Origin: Gammaproteobacteria bacterium | GTDB taxonomy: Bacteria; Pseudomonadota; Gammaproteobacteria; Eutrophobiales; Eutrophobiaceae | DNA length: 64,000 nt | Direction: 5' to 3' | NCBI GenBank assembly: GCA_963422205.2 | Contig: CAXMWX010000001.1 | Location: forward strand, 352,001-416,000 | Shown: positions 50,658 through 60,475 of the stretch, piece after piece | Position numbering within the stretch: position 1 is the stretch's first letter | Layout: each line of letters starts with the position of its first letter | Made by a program: the position numbers and the translations under genes | The notes under the pieces: model-generated | The model's database searches: none | What the model saw: the letters and a program-made list of their open reading frames with translations, nothing else | What the model was told of the DNA's origin: nothing

Positions 50658-53288
50658 ATGCTCTGGCTGAATCAACATAAGTTGCATTTACCCCTGTGGT
50701 CAGCCTATGCACTGGCCTTTGTGCTTGGGCTGGCATTTTTCGGTTTGATTGTCTCTATCAGTTGGCATCGTGCCCTGGCGACGAATGAGAGCGCCTTTTC
50801 CCTCCAGTCTGCGGGGTTAAAAGACAAGATCTTCAGCAATATCAGGATTGTGCATAATACCGTTGACAGTTTTGCCTCATTTTTTGATATTCACCCGGTT
50901 CTCAGCCAGCATGAATTTGACATTATCACCGCACCGATACTGCAAAAACATGCGTACATCAATGAGATTTTCTACGCAAAACTGCAAGTCAATGAGGATG
51001 CCGCAGAGGGAAGGTTTATCCTGGATCGTAATTTGACATTGGCTGAATTAAGCGAGCTGTCACAGACGGCATGCCAGTTTATCGTCAGCCGACAGAATTT
51101 TCGACAGCAGACGATGTTTTCAATAGGCGAGGATATCTTTAACAAGGCGATCTATCAGGACATCATCAAGACGGTATTATCGACCGATGACGTTGCAGCC
51201 ATGGTCATAGAGCAGGAAGATGACAGCGATAAATACCTGTTATTGAAGACCGTACGCCAATCAGCGCCCGCTGATCTGAAAGCGGTTGGCCGGCAGGTGA
51301 ATGGCGATGGGGAGTTGCTTGGCCTGGTCGGTATTCTGGTCGATCCGGCAGGTCTGCTCGGCATCATTCCACACCAACTCCATACGACCTTAATCATGGT
51401 GAATGATTCGTATAATGCAGGTGGCAGAAAAAAACTCTACCATGATATGGCAGAGACCGGGATGGGGGAGAGATGGGCAGCCGCTACCTTCAGCGAACGT
51501 GGCGTGGCACAGTTTCCGATCTATTCAATCAGCATGAACATAGACAAAGATGTCCTCTGGTCGGAAATTGACAAGCTGCCGATCTATATCAGCCTGCTGA
51601 TTGGCATAGGCGTTATGCTGTTAATCATCGCCCTAGTTCGTGTTAAAGACTCACAGGCGCAGGAGTTAAAGGCACGCAATCTGCTGATCCAGAGCAAGGT
51701 TGAAGAGCAGACCCGGGAGCTGGCGCTGGCCAGAGACAAAGCGCTTGAAGCGTCCAGGATAAAATCTGACTTTCTGGCCAGCATGAGCCATGAAATCAGG
51801 ACACCATTAAATGCCATTATCGGCATGTCCACCCTGCTGGAGGAGAGCAAGCTAACGGATGAGAAAAGCAAGTATGTCGAAGTCTTCAAAAACGCTGGTG
51901 ATACCTTGCTCAACCTGGTCAACGACATACTGGATTTATCCAAGATCGAAGCACACCAACTGGAGCTGGAGAAGATCGAGTTTGACGTTGCCGGGGTTGT
52001 TGAAGAGGCGATCGATATTTACGCCTTGAAGGCAGAGGAGAAAGGTATTGAGTTGTTGAGCCTGGTGACAACCGATATCAAACGCAAACGTGAAGGCGAT
52101 CCGGCCAGGCTAAAGCAGGTGATTCTGAATTTAATCAGCAATGCGTTGAAGTTCACCGAGCAGGGCGAAATCGTGGTCTATGTCAGTCACCAGGCAGATC
52201 ATCACGATGAGGATCAGTTGAAGTTTTCTGTTTCAGATACCGGTATTGGCATCCCTGCTGATAAGTGCGAGACGATCTTCTCCAGCTTCAGCCAGGCTGA
52301 CTCTTCCATCACTCGCAAATACGGCGGTACCGGTCTTGGGCTGGCGATTTGTCGCAATCTGATTGAGATGATGCGGGGTAAAATACAGGTTGAAAGCGAA
52401 GAGGGTAAAGGCAGTGTTTTCAGCTTTACAGCACATCTACCCGTGCTTGCCAGCGGCGATGAGCGGGGGGATTCTTTTGCCAGCTTCATGGGTAATAAGG
52501 CCCTGATCGCCCATTATAACAGCACCAGCATCAACATCCTCTCCGATTATCTGTCGAACTACAGCATTGAGACCGTGGCGATTAACTCGGCGGTTGAGTT
52601 AAAAAGCCAACTGGCGGCAGGTACCGTTGCCCAGGACTATGACATCATCATGTTGAACAGCCGTCTGGCTGATACGGACTTGTTCAGTTTTTTGCAGCAA
52701 ACGGATATCACCGGGATTTCTCACAAGACGATTTTAATGCTGCATGCGGCCGAGTTAAACCACCATATCCAGGCAATAAAAAATCTGAGTGTGGCCTCTT
52801 ATCTCGTCAAGCCAATCAAGCAACTGGAAATGCTGCGACATATCGCTTATATCCTGCTGGGCAAGCAGGGCAGCCTGCCCTTTGTCGTCAACCAGGATGA
52901 GAAGATAGATGAAGACAAGCCGCTGAACATCTTGCTGGTGGAGGACAATCCTGACAATCGTCTGCTATTTAATGCTTACCTGAAAAAATACCCCTACACC
53001 ATAGACGAAGCAGAGAACGGCGAGATCGCAATTAATAAGTTTACGCAGGGGGCCTACGATCTGGTCTTTATGGACGTGCAAATGCCGGTGATGGATGGGC
53101 ATACCGCAACCCGGCAGATACGACAATGGGAGGCTGAACAGAACAGATCGCCGACCGTCATCATCGCCCTGACCGCCCATGCTATCAGGGAAGAAATCGA
53201 TAAATGTATGGCCGCCGGTTGCAGCAGCCATTTAAGCAAGCCGGTAAAGAAACAGGTCTTGCTGCAAGCGATTAAGACCCACCTTTAA
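50658..53288 (+). CDS. Membrane hybrid sensor histidine kinase
   Basis: Two TM helices flanking a periplasmic domain; SHEIRTPLN; NLISNALKFT; DTGIG; GGTGLGL; degenerate REC followed by an intact REC (VEDN, FMDVQMP, LTA, KP). Confidence 0.93.
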   Translation: MLWLNQHKLHLPLWSAYALAFVLGLAFFGLIVSISWHRALATNESAFSLQSAGLKDKIFSNIRIVHNTVDSFASFFDIHPVLSQHEFDIITAPILQKHAYINEIFYAKLQVNEDAAEGRFILDRNLTLAELSELSQTACQFIVSRQNFRQQTMFSIGEDIFNKAIYQDIIKTVLSTDDVAAMVIEQEDDSDKYLLLKTVRQSAPADLKAVGRQVNGDGELLGLVGILVDPAGLLGIIPHQLHTTLIMVNDSYNAGGRKKLYHDMAETGMGERWAAATFSERGVAQFPIYSISMNIDKDVLWSEIDKLPIYISLLIGIGVMLLIIALVRVKDSQAQELKARNLLIQSKVEEQTRELALARDKALEASRIKSDFLASMSHEIRTPLNAIIGMSTLLEESKLTDEKSKYVEVFKNAGDTLLNLVNDILDLSKIEAHQLELEKIEFDVAGVVEEAIDIYALKAEEKGIELLSLVTTDIKRKREGDPARLKQVILNLISNALKFTEQGEIVVYVSHQADHHDEDQLKFSVSDTGIGIPADKCETIFSSFSQADSSITRKYGGTGLGLAICRNLIEMMRGKIQVESEEGKGSVFSFTAHLPVLASGDERGDSFASFMGNKALIAHYNSTSINILSDYLSNYSIETVAINSAVELKSQLAAGTVAQDYDIIMLNSRLADTDLFSFLQQTDITGISHKTILMLHAAELNHHIQAIKNLSVASYLVKPIKQLEMLRHIAYILLGKQGSLPFVVNQDEKIDEDKPLNILLVEDNPDNRLLFNAYLKKYPYTIDEAENGEIAINKFTQGAYDLVFMDVQMPVMDGHTATRQIRQWEAEQNRSPTVIIALTAHAIREEIDKCMAAGCSSHLSKPVKKQVLLQAIKTHL

Positions 53289-53308
53289 CCTGAACATCCA
53301 CTTGGCTT

Positions 53309-53884
53309 TTATTTGATAAGGGCCTGGAGTGCCTTGAAGTGTGCATGGCTGGCATCGCCCAGCCACTCAAACACGACCGACTCAGCATCACAGATACTGA
53401 TCCCGGCAGCCCGCAAACGCTGTAATGCCAGCTCGTAACTTTCTCTGTGTCTGGAACAGATCGCATCGGCAGCGACAAACACGCCATACCCCTGCCCGAA
53501 CAACTCAAGAGCGGTTTGCAAGACACAAATATGCGCCTCCATGCCGGCAATGATCACCTGTTTGCGTCCCGCTTCGCCTAACGCCGCTTTGAATGCCGGT
53601 AAATTTGCACAGGAAAATGCGGTTTTTTCATACACCGGGCTGCCCTCAGGCAGTATGTTTTTCAGCTCGCTCTCCAGAGGCCCCAGACCTTTGGGATATT
53701 GCTCAGACGCATAGACGGGAATGGCAAGCCGCTTCGCTGCATGTATCAGCAGGCTGGTGTTGCGTTGCAGGCGGGCCAGCACCTTTGCCGGTATGACGGC
53801 GGTTAAATGTGTCTGGATATCAACGATCAGGAGAGATGAATTGTCCGCACAGCAGAGGGAATGATTTTCAGTGTTCATAGTCAC
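53309..53884 (-). CDS. Isochorismatase-family hydrolase
   Basis: IVDIQ, EQYPKGLG, KTAFSC, GMEAHICVLQT. Confidence 0.9.
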   Translation of the reverse strand: MTMNTENHSLCCADNSSLLIVDIQTHLTAVIPAKVLARLQRNTSLLIHAAKRLAIPVYASEQYPKGLGPLESELKNILPEGSPVYEKTAFSCANLPAFKAALGEAGRKQVIIAGMEAHICVLQTALELFGQGYGVFVAADAICSRHRESYELALQRLRAAGISICDAESVVFEWLGDASHAHFKALQALIK

Positions 53885-53906
53885 GTGACCCGTAGAGAAA
53901 TGAAAG

Positions 53907-55235
53907 TTATTTTGTCAGCCAGGTATTGATGTGGCTGATGTCAGCCGCTGACAAGGTGCCGGCGGCCAGTTTCAGCCGCATACTGTCTAACAGATAATCA
54001 TAGCGTGCCCTGGCCAGATCACGCCTGGCCTGGGAGGTCACACGCTCGGCGGCGACCACATCCACCGCCGTTCGGGTGCCGACTTCAAACCCGGCCTCAG
54101 TTGCCTGCAATGCGGTCTCTGATGAGCGCACCGCCTGCTTGAGTGCATCCACCCGGCTGATACCGGCGATGACACCGAGGAAGGCTTGCCGGGCGTGGCG
54201 CTGGGCATCACGCCGTGCCTGTTCCAGCCCTTGCAGGCGGGCCTGCAGGCGCTGCTTCACCTCACGTACCCTGGAATTGACCAGGCCGCCCTGAAAGATA
54301 GGCACGTTTAACTCCAGCCCGATCATGCTGGCGGTGGTTTCAAAGTCGCCAAACCGGCCACCGGATTTATCGAAGCCATGATTGGCAACGATATCCAGGG
54401 TCGGCAGATGGCTGGCGAACTGACGTTTAATCTCTGCCCTGGCCGTATTGACTGCATGCGAGGCGGCGATGACTGACAGGTTCTGTTGCAGCGCCGTGTC
54501 TGTCCATTCATCAATCACATCGGGCGTCGGCCTGACCAACGGCATGTGCTGGCCGAGGGCAGCCAGCGTGGGGAAATACGCACCCGTGATCTCCCGCAAT
54601 GCTTCTCTGGCATTATCGACATTGTTCTGGGCGGCGATCTCCTCGGCGAGCGCCCGGTCAAAGCCGGCCTGGGCTTCCTGCACATCGGTGATGGCCGTCA
54701 AGCCGACATCAAATCGCTGCCGGGCCTGTTCCAATCGTCGGCTGAGGGATTTTTTCTCTGACTGGGCAAAGTTGAGGGTATCTGCCGCCGCCAGCACATC
54801 AAAATAGGCGGCCGTGGTTCTGAGCATTAACTCCTGACGGGCGGCGATTAATTCTGCCTCGGCCTCAAGGATACGGCTGTCCGCCTGTTGCAGGCCAAGG
54901 AAGCGATCACGTCTGAATACCGGCTGTATCAAGGCCAGCCGGTAGCTCTGGCTGTTGAAACTGATCGCCCCATCGGCGCCGAATCCGGCACGTGTGATAT
55001 CCTGCTCGTGCTGGCGGGCATCGGCCCTGAAAGAGACCTCGGGCAGTAGCCGGGATATGGCCTGTGGACGCTGTTCCTGGGTGGCCCGTCGGGCGGCGAT
55101 GGCCTGCTGGTATTGCGGGTCGCCGTTACGGGCATACTCATAGACATCCAGCAAGTCACTGGCCGCGGCATACAGCGGGGGCAGGGCGCAGCAGGCCATG
55201 ATGAGGCAGAGGGTAAAACCCGAACGGATAGGCAT
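53907..55235 (-). CDS. tolC: TolC-family outer-membrane channel
   Basis: Signal peptide; AYFDVL; RFDVGL.AITDV.EAQA; GFEVGTRT.VDV; ARYDY. Confidence 0.92.
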   Translation of the reverse strand: MPIRSGFTLCLIMACCALPPLYAAASDLLDVYEYARNGDPQYQQAIAARRATQEQRPQAISRLLPEVSFRADARQHEQDITRAGFGADGAISFNSQSYRLALIQPVFRRDRFLGLQQADSRILEAEAELIAARQELMLRTTAAYFDVLAAADTLNFAQSEKKSLSRRLEQARQRFDVGLTAITDVQEAQAGFDRALAEEIAAQNNVDNAREALREITGAYFPTLAALGQHMPLVRPTPDVIDEWTDTALQQNLSVIAASHAVNTARAEIKRQFASHLPTLDIVANHGFDKSGGRFGDFETTASMIGLELNVPIFQGGLVNSRVREVKQRLQARLQGLEQARRDAQRHARQAFLGVIAGISRVDALKQAVRSSETALQATEAGFEVGTRTAVDVVAAERVTSQARRDLARARYDYLLDSMRLKLAAGTLSAADISHINTWLTK

Positions 55236-55387
55236 TTTTATTGGTTATCCTGTGTTGCCAGGCAGGATCATGGTGACAGACGGCGGCACATCGGCCAGCA
55301 TATCGGTAATCGGTAGAGACAGCCCCTGCTGGTGTCGTTTGCCTGTCTGCCTAGCAGCATACAAGGCGGCCTTGAGGGGGGCGAGGT

Positions 55388-56044
55388 TCACAGGATGAAC
55401 GTATCAGGCGGCACCGCACCCACCAGCGCCGGGATATCCGTTTCAAATAATACCTCTCTAGTGTAGGCATTCTCGCCAACCCGTATGATCAGATTGGCCT
55501 GCATGATCGGCGATGTGCCGGTGATCACGAACAAGCGGCCACCGGGTTTAAGCTGTGTTTGAAAACGGTTGTTGAGCTCGGGCAGCGAGCCGCTGACAAC
55601 GATCACATCATAGGGGCCGGATCCAGGCCAGCCATCCAGCCCGTCACAGGTCAGCAACTCGATGTTGTGCAGGTCTGCCGCCTGTAATTTTTCCAGTGCG
55701 GTTCTGGTAAATTCTGCATAAATATCAAGGCTGGAAACAAATTCGCAGGAGGCGGCCAGTAATGCCGTCAGATAACCGCAACCGGTGCCGATCTCCAATG
55801 CCCGTTCATCCGGCCTTGGCGCCAGGCTCTGTATAATCCTCGCCTCAACACGAGGCGGCAGGGTGAACTGATCATGTGGCAGTGGTATGGAAGTATCCGC
55901 AAACGCCAGGGCGGTATACGGGGCGGGAATGAACGCTTCCCGGTGCAGGCGGGTCAGGAGATCCAAAGTCGATTGATCCAGCACATCCCAGGTACGGATC
56001 TGCTGCTCTATCATGTTATGTCGTGCCAGGTTAGCTTCCATCAT
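55388..56044 (-). CDS. pcm: Protein-L-isoaspartate O-methyltransferase family
   Basis: ARHNMIEQQIR, LEIGTGCGYLTA, GPYDVIVV, QLKPGGRL; start moved to MMEAN. Confidence 0.88.
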   Translation of the reverse strand: MMEANLARHNMIEQQIRTWDVLDQSTLDLLTRLHREAFIPAPYTALAFADTSIPLPHDQFTLPPRVEARIIQSLAPRPDERALEIGTGCGYLTALLAASCEFVSSLDIYAEFTRTALEKLQAADLHNIELLTCDGLDGWPGSGPYDVIVVSGSLPELNNRFQTQLKPGGRLFVITGTSPIMQANLIIRVGENAYTREVLFETDIPALVGAVPPDTFIL

Positions 56045-56230
56045 CGTATCCGGATATCTGTGCATGTTAGTGTAAAAGCCCATGCCCTTACAGGCTGATC
56101 CTGTATACTGAACATCGGCACAGTATAACGTACAATAGCGGCTGAATGACGGCTGAACAGGTCTGCCCGTGCATCTTGCACGGCAAAACAGCGTACTCAT
56201 GCGATGACATTGTTACCAAAATCCGGGTTA

Positions 56231-56272
56231 CAATTCAGGCCACAGCCAAACTGCAATTCAGGTCAAAGCCAA
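56231..56272. repeat. Imperfect 19-bp direct repeat (23-bp period) in the divergent pcm/glnE intergenic region
   Basis: caattcaggccacagccaa / caattcaggtcaaagccaa. Confidence 0.7.
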
Positions 56273-56314
56273 CGCCGCTATCATGCCATCCATGATACCT
56301 GATCTGCACCCGCT

Positions 56315-57631
56315 ATGCCTATTACCGATAAGATAATCGCCGCCATGCCAGCCCCTGATCTGGCGGAGACCCGGCTACAGACCTTGTCTCGCAATGCGAC
56401 AGCAAAGCGGCAGATACGCACCATGGATGCACCGCTGCTGCACGATTTTCTGCATCTTATCTCTTATTCCAGTTTTATCTTTTACTTATTTTGCCGTCAA
56501 CCGGATTTTATCCGGGAAGTCGGGCAGCCGGCAGAACTCGCCGCCGACAGCCTGCCGGATGTGGCTGATTATCAGGCGTTGCGGCACTATAAATACCGGC
56601 AATTATTGCGGATTTGCTGGATGGATATCAGCGCACGTTATGATTATGACATCATCTTGTCGCTGTTAAGCCGCCTGGCCGTGTCGATCATCAGGGCGGC
56701 GATGATGCTCGTCGCCGGTGAAGACAAGCAACAGATCAGGCAGTCGCTGGCGCTATTTGCCCTGGGCAAACTGGGGGCAGAGGAGCTGAACTTCAGCTCA
56801 GATATTGATTTGATCTTCGTCAGCACGAATGATGACAGAGCACCAAGGCAGCATGCTGAATTACTTGGCCTGCTGACCAGATTCATCCGGGCCTTCAGCC
56901 AGCAACTGGAGCAAAACACCGGGCAGGGGTTTCTTTATCGGGTTGACTTGAAACTGCGTCCCTGGGGCGGCAGCGGGCCCCTGATCATGTCGATTGATGA
57001 GACAGAAAATTACTATGAGGCCAGTTCAGCGCCCTGGGAGCGGCTGGCCTGGTTACGCGCCCGCTGTGTTGGCGGTAATCCGGGCCTGGGGGCGGATCTC
57101 TTGCAGCGCCTGCACCCGTTTATCTTCATGCGCTCGTTAAGCACCAGCGATCTGGAGCGTTTTTTAGCACTCAAAAGCCAAATGGCCGCTGCACGCATAC
57201 GCCAGGGCCACTGGCATGTGAAGACAGGCGAGGGCGGGATCAGAGATATTGAATTTTTTATCCACATACTGCAACTGGTCAATGCCGCCAGGCATCCTGA
57301 ATTGCAGCAGACCAACACCTTGATGACCCTGGCCGCCCTGGGCAGGAGCGGTTACCTGAACGAGTCGCTTGTTGCCAGGGTGCGGCAGAGTTATCTGTTT
57401 CTGCGCCGGCTGGAGAATCGCCTGCAAATGCGTGAGGAGCAGCAGACCCATGCGCTGCCGGATGCGCCGGGGCAGCGCCTGATCATTGCCCGCTCTCTCG
57501 GCATGAGCGGTGCTGATGATGATCAGGTGATGGATAATTTTGAAACCCTGCTGTTTGCCAACCAGATGATCGCCAGGCAGGCATTTGAACAGATTCTGCC
57601 GGAACAGACCCTGCCAGAGCAGATGATCTGA
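56315..57631 (+). CDS. glnE: GlnE N-terminal half (adenylyl-removase-like)
   Basis: GKLGAEELNFSSDIDLIF, RVDLKLRPWG.SGPL, WER, GGIRDIEF, YLFLRRLENRLQ. Confidence 0.85.
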   Translation: MPITDKIIAAMPAPDLAETRLQTLSRNATAKRQIRTMDAPLLHDFLHLISYSSFIFYLFCRQPDFIREVGQPAELAADSLPDVADYQALRHYKYRQLLRICWMDISARYDYDIILSLLSRLAVSIIRAAMMLVAGEDKQQIRQSLALFALGKLGAEELNFSSDIDLIFVSTNDDRAPRQHAELLGLLTRFIRAFSQQLEQNTGQGFLYRVDLKLRPWGGSGPLIMSIDETENYYEASSAPWERLAWLRARCVGGNPGLGADLLQRLHPFIFMRSLSTSDLERFLALKSQMAAARIRQGHWHVKTGEGGIRDIEFFIHILQLVNAARHPELQQTNTLMTLAALGRSGYLNESLVARVRQSYLFLRRLENRLQMREEQQTHALPDAPGQRLIIARSLGMSGADDDQVMDNFETLLFANQMIARQAFEQILPEQTLPEQMI

Positions 57632-58938
57632 TGATACACGATCCGACATGGACAGCCGCCCTGCCAGCTTGCTGGCACAGCGGGCAGGCCGGCAAAAGCC
57701 TGTCACGCTGGCAGGCATTGTGTGAGCAAAATGACTGGGGCGAAGTGCCGGGGGATTTGGCTTTGCTGGCGAGGGTGTTCGGTGCCAGTTGGTATTTTAC
57801 CCGGTTTATTTTTTATCGTGGTCTGAAGGCGGCGGCCCTGGTGGATGCACAGCAGGGGCAGGAGGTCACGGCTGAACATATCAGGGCGGCGCTGCGGTTG
57901 GATTTAAGCGATGATAGCGAAGCTGGCATCAGGCAGCTGGCGCTGGTCAAGAACGAATGGATGCTGAGGATACTGCTGTGTTATCTGGGCCGGCAAACCG
58001 ACCTGCAACAGACAGAAGCCTTGTTGACCGTGCTGGCCGAATCGGTGTTTCTGGTTTTTTTTCAACACCTGACAAGGCAGATCGCCCCGCAGCAAACCGC
58101 CCTGGCGATCCTGGCGATGGGGCGCATGTCCGGTCATGAAATGACATTCGGCTCTGATCTGGATCTGATTTTTTTATATCAGGATCCTCGGGCGGCGGAT
58201 AATTCGCTGTTAAGCCGGCAGATACAGAAAGTCCTGCGTTATCTGGGCAGCATCACCCCGCTGGGCGTGCTCTATGAAGTGGATATGCGTTTGCGACCGC
58301 ATGGCACCGCCGGTGCGCTGGTTACATCAGTGCAGAGTTTTACCGATTATCATGCCAAAGAACGTGATATATGGGAGCGTCAGCTGATGACCCGCTGCCG
58401 CATTATCCATGATCCTGAAGGCTTTGCGGCGGCGGCGCTCAAGGAGGTGAACAGCCATGTGTATCAGCACTATGATCAGCAGGTGTTGCGGCATGAGATA
58501 GTCAGTATGCGGCGCAAAGTAGAACAGGAGCTGGGGCGGCCAAGGGATAAATATGAAATCAAAAGAGGGCGTGGCGGCCTTATGGACATTGATTTTTTAT
58601 GCCACTATTTTCAATTATCATGTGGCCATCAGGCCGCCTCAAACCGCACCAACAGCACCCGCACCGCCATCAGGCTTGCCGGGGCGGCGGGTTTTTTGTC
58701 CACAGCACAAGCCAATGGTCTTGCCGCGGCGTATCATTATTTTAAGACAATCGAAACGGCCTTGCGCCTGTGGGACTTGAAGGCCATGGACAGTTTCTCT
58801 TCGCAGCATGAGCGCAATGCCCATCTGGCGGTTGCCTGTGGTTTTGCCGCCGGACAGACAGAGATGTTTATGGCACAGTATCTTGGCCAGACGGATACGG
58901 TGAGGGGCATATTTGAGGCAAAGCTGGCGCCTTTATAG
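57631..58938 (+). CDS. glnE: GlnE C-terminal half (adenylyltransferase-like)
   Basis: GRMSGHEMTFGSDLDLIFLY, LYEVDMRLRPHGTAGALV, WERQ, GGLMDIDF. Confidence 0.85.
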   Translation: MIHDPTWTAALPACWHSGQAGKSLSRWQALCEQNDWGEVPGDLALLARVFGASWYFTRFIFYRGLKAAALVDAQQGQEVTAEHIRAALRLDLSDDSEAGIRQLALVKNEWMLRILLCYLGRQTDLQQTEALLTVLAESVFLVFFQHLTRQIAPQQTALAILAMGRMSGHEMTFGSDLDLIFLYQDPRAADNSLLSRQIQKVLRYLGSITPLGVLYEVDMRLRPHGTAGALVTSVQSFTDYHAKERDIWERQLMTRCRIIHDPEGFAAAALKEVNSHVYQHYDQQVLRHEIVSMRRKVEQELGRPRDKYEIKRGRGGLMDIDFLCHYFQLSCGHQAASNRTNSTRTAIRLAGAAGFLSTAQANGLAAAYHYFKTIETALRLWDLKAMDSFSSQHERNAHLAVACGFAAGQTEMFMAQYLGQTDTVRGIFEAKLAPL

Positions 58939-59179
58939 CGGCTCATGTGCTGGCTGCTGGCGATGAGTGTCTATGCGGCAGCGAGCTTGATGTTGCCTTC
59001 CCCGCTCTGTTGCATGTTGCTGCGATGTGGCTCCCTGGCATAACGTTTTTTTAAAATGGGTAGCCGTTGCCGATGTGCATGGGCCGATGTGCATGGCCTG
59101 CTTCAACATAAGTTGCGATACATTCCCGCAATTCAATCGGATGGGGCCAAGGGCATCGCAAAATCCACATAAACGTGCT

Positions 59180-60130
59180 CTAGTCTGCGCCCGGGCGCTC
59201 CATCAGATCGAGCAGGCGTGTGGCGAAGTCCTGCCAACTTGGCAGAAAGCCCTTGGCCTCCATGCGCTCGTAATACGCGTCAATCTCATGCGGGCTGTGG
59301 GTTTCGGTAATCTCCTGAAAGAACGCGATCGCTTCCTCAACGCTCGCCACCTGCCGGTAGAACGGATTTCTGGGGCAGATACTCTCCATCTCTTCGTGCA
59401 GATCACAGCGGCTTGCGATCACATCGCGACTGTGAAGCATCTGCGTCAACTTGAGCTTGAAGCCGACCTCGAAGCGATCGTTGATGAGTGCGAAGCCCGG
59501 CGTGACTGGGGCATCAAGATCCTCGATTCGGTAGCCAGCTGCGGTAAGTTGGCGGATATCTTCCGGCGTGAGAGCGCTCAGTTTTTTTGGCAGCCAGACT
59601 TTGGTTCCCGATATATGCACGACCCTGTCAGATCGCTTTACACGAGGTGTTGGATGCGGTGGCACAATACATATACCGGACCGTCCCGACAACGTTGGAA
59701 AGTCAGATAAGGCCAGCCTGTGTTCACGCTGCGAAATAAAGAAGACGCTGTTCGCTGCGGCGAATGCCTTGCGATAGAAAGCGGGGCTGCCCAGACGATA
59801 GCAGCGCTCAACCAGCGGGCGCCCCCGAAAGGCAAAGTGCGTAAAATAATTGTGAACGATCAAGGCATCAACCGGCCCGTGATGTGCGATTCGGAACAGC
59901 GCTTCATGCGAGAGGATAATCCTGCGCCCCGAACGGCGGGCCTCGGCGATGCGCTGCTGAGTTGCCGCATCGATCAACGAAGCCCATGCTGGCAGGCGTG
60001 CTGATCTCTGTAGCAGTACATTGACGACTTTGATGTCTTTGGTCGATAAATGGGCAATCAGACGGTCGTCCAGGATATTACTACCATAGACACCATCTAG
60101 ATTGGCAAGGCGTACGAAGAGCATTTTCAA
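59180..60130 (-). CDS. Hypothetical protein, possibly a divergent GT-B glycosyltransferase
   Basis: 316-aa ORF; IVHN, VFFISQRE, GFKLKL, SWQDF; co-oriented with a GT4 gene. Confidence 0.55.
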   Translation of the reverse strand: MKMLFVRLANLDGVYGSNILDDRLIAHLSTKDIKVVNVLLQRSARLPAWASLIDAATQQRIAEARRSGRRIILSHEALFRIAHHGPVDALIVHNYFTHFAFRGRPLVERCYRLGSPAFYRKAFAAANSVFFISQREHRLALSDFPTLSGRSGICIVPPHPTPRVKRSDRVVHISGTKVWLPKKLSALTPEDIRQLTAAGYRIEDLDAPVTPGFALINDRFEVGFKLKLTQMLHSRDVIASRCDLHEEMESICPRNPFYRQVASVEEAIAFFQEITETHSPHEIDAYYERMEAKGFLPSWQDFATRLLDLMERPGAD

Positions 60131-60422
60131 AAGCGCGAATGATATATCACAACGTAACGTGTGTTCAGATCATGGATGATCTGTTTAAGGCATGTCCTTT
60201 TCCGACATGTCAGCACCTGATGCAAACATTTTTCAACCATAACCTGCCCTTGTGATTCGATGTCCATGCGGTAGCGATCTTGATTTTTCCCCCCAAGCCA
60301 TTAACCAGGCCATGAACCAAGCTATCCAAACATCCCCACCCATCGGGCGCGGAAGCGTCACGACCCTTATGATCGCATCGCTGCGTTTTGCAACCTCGAT
60401 GGCTGTGATCAACGAGCGTTGC

Positions 60423-60440
60423 GGGGGGGGGGGGGGGGGG
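60423..60440. repeat. G18 homopolymer
   Basis: Direct count. Confidence 0.9.
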
Positions 60441-60475
60441 ACTGATCAGAGGCGTTACACGGAGCAGATCCCAGC

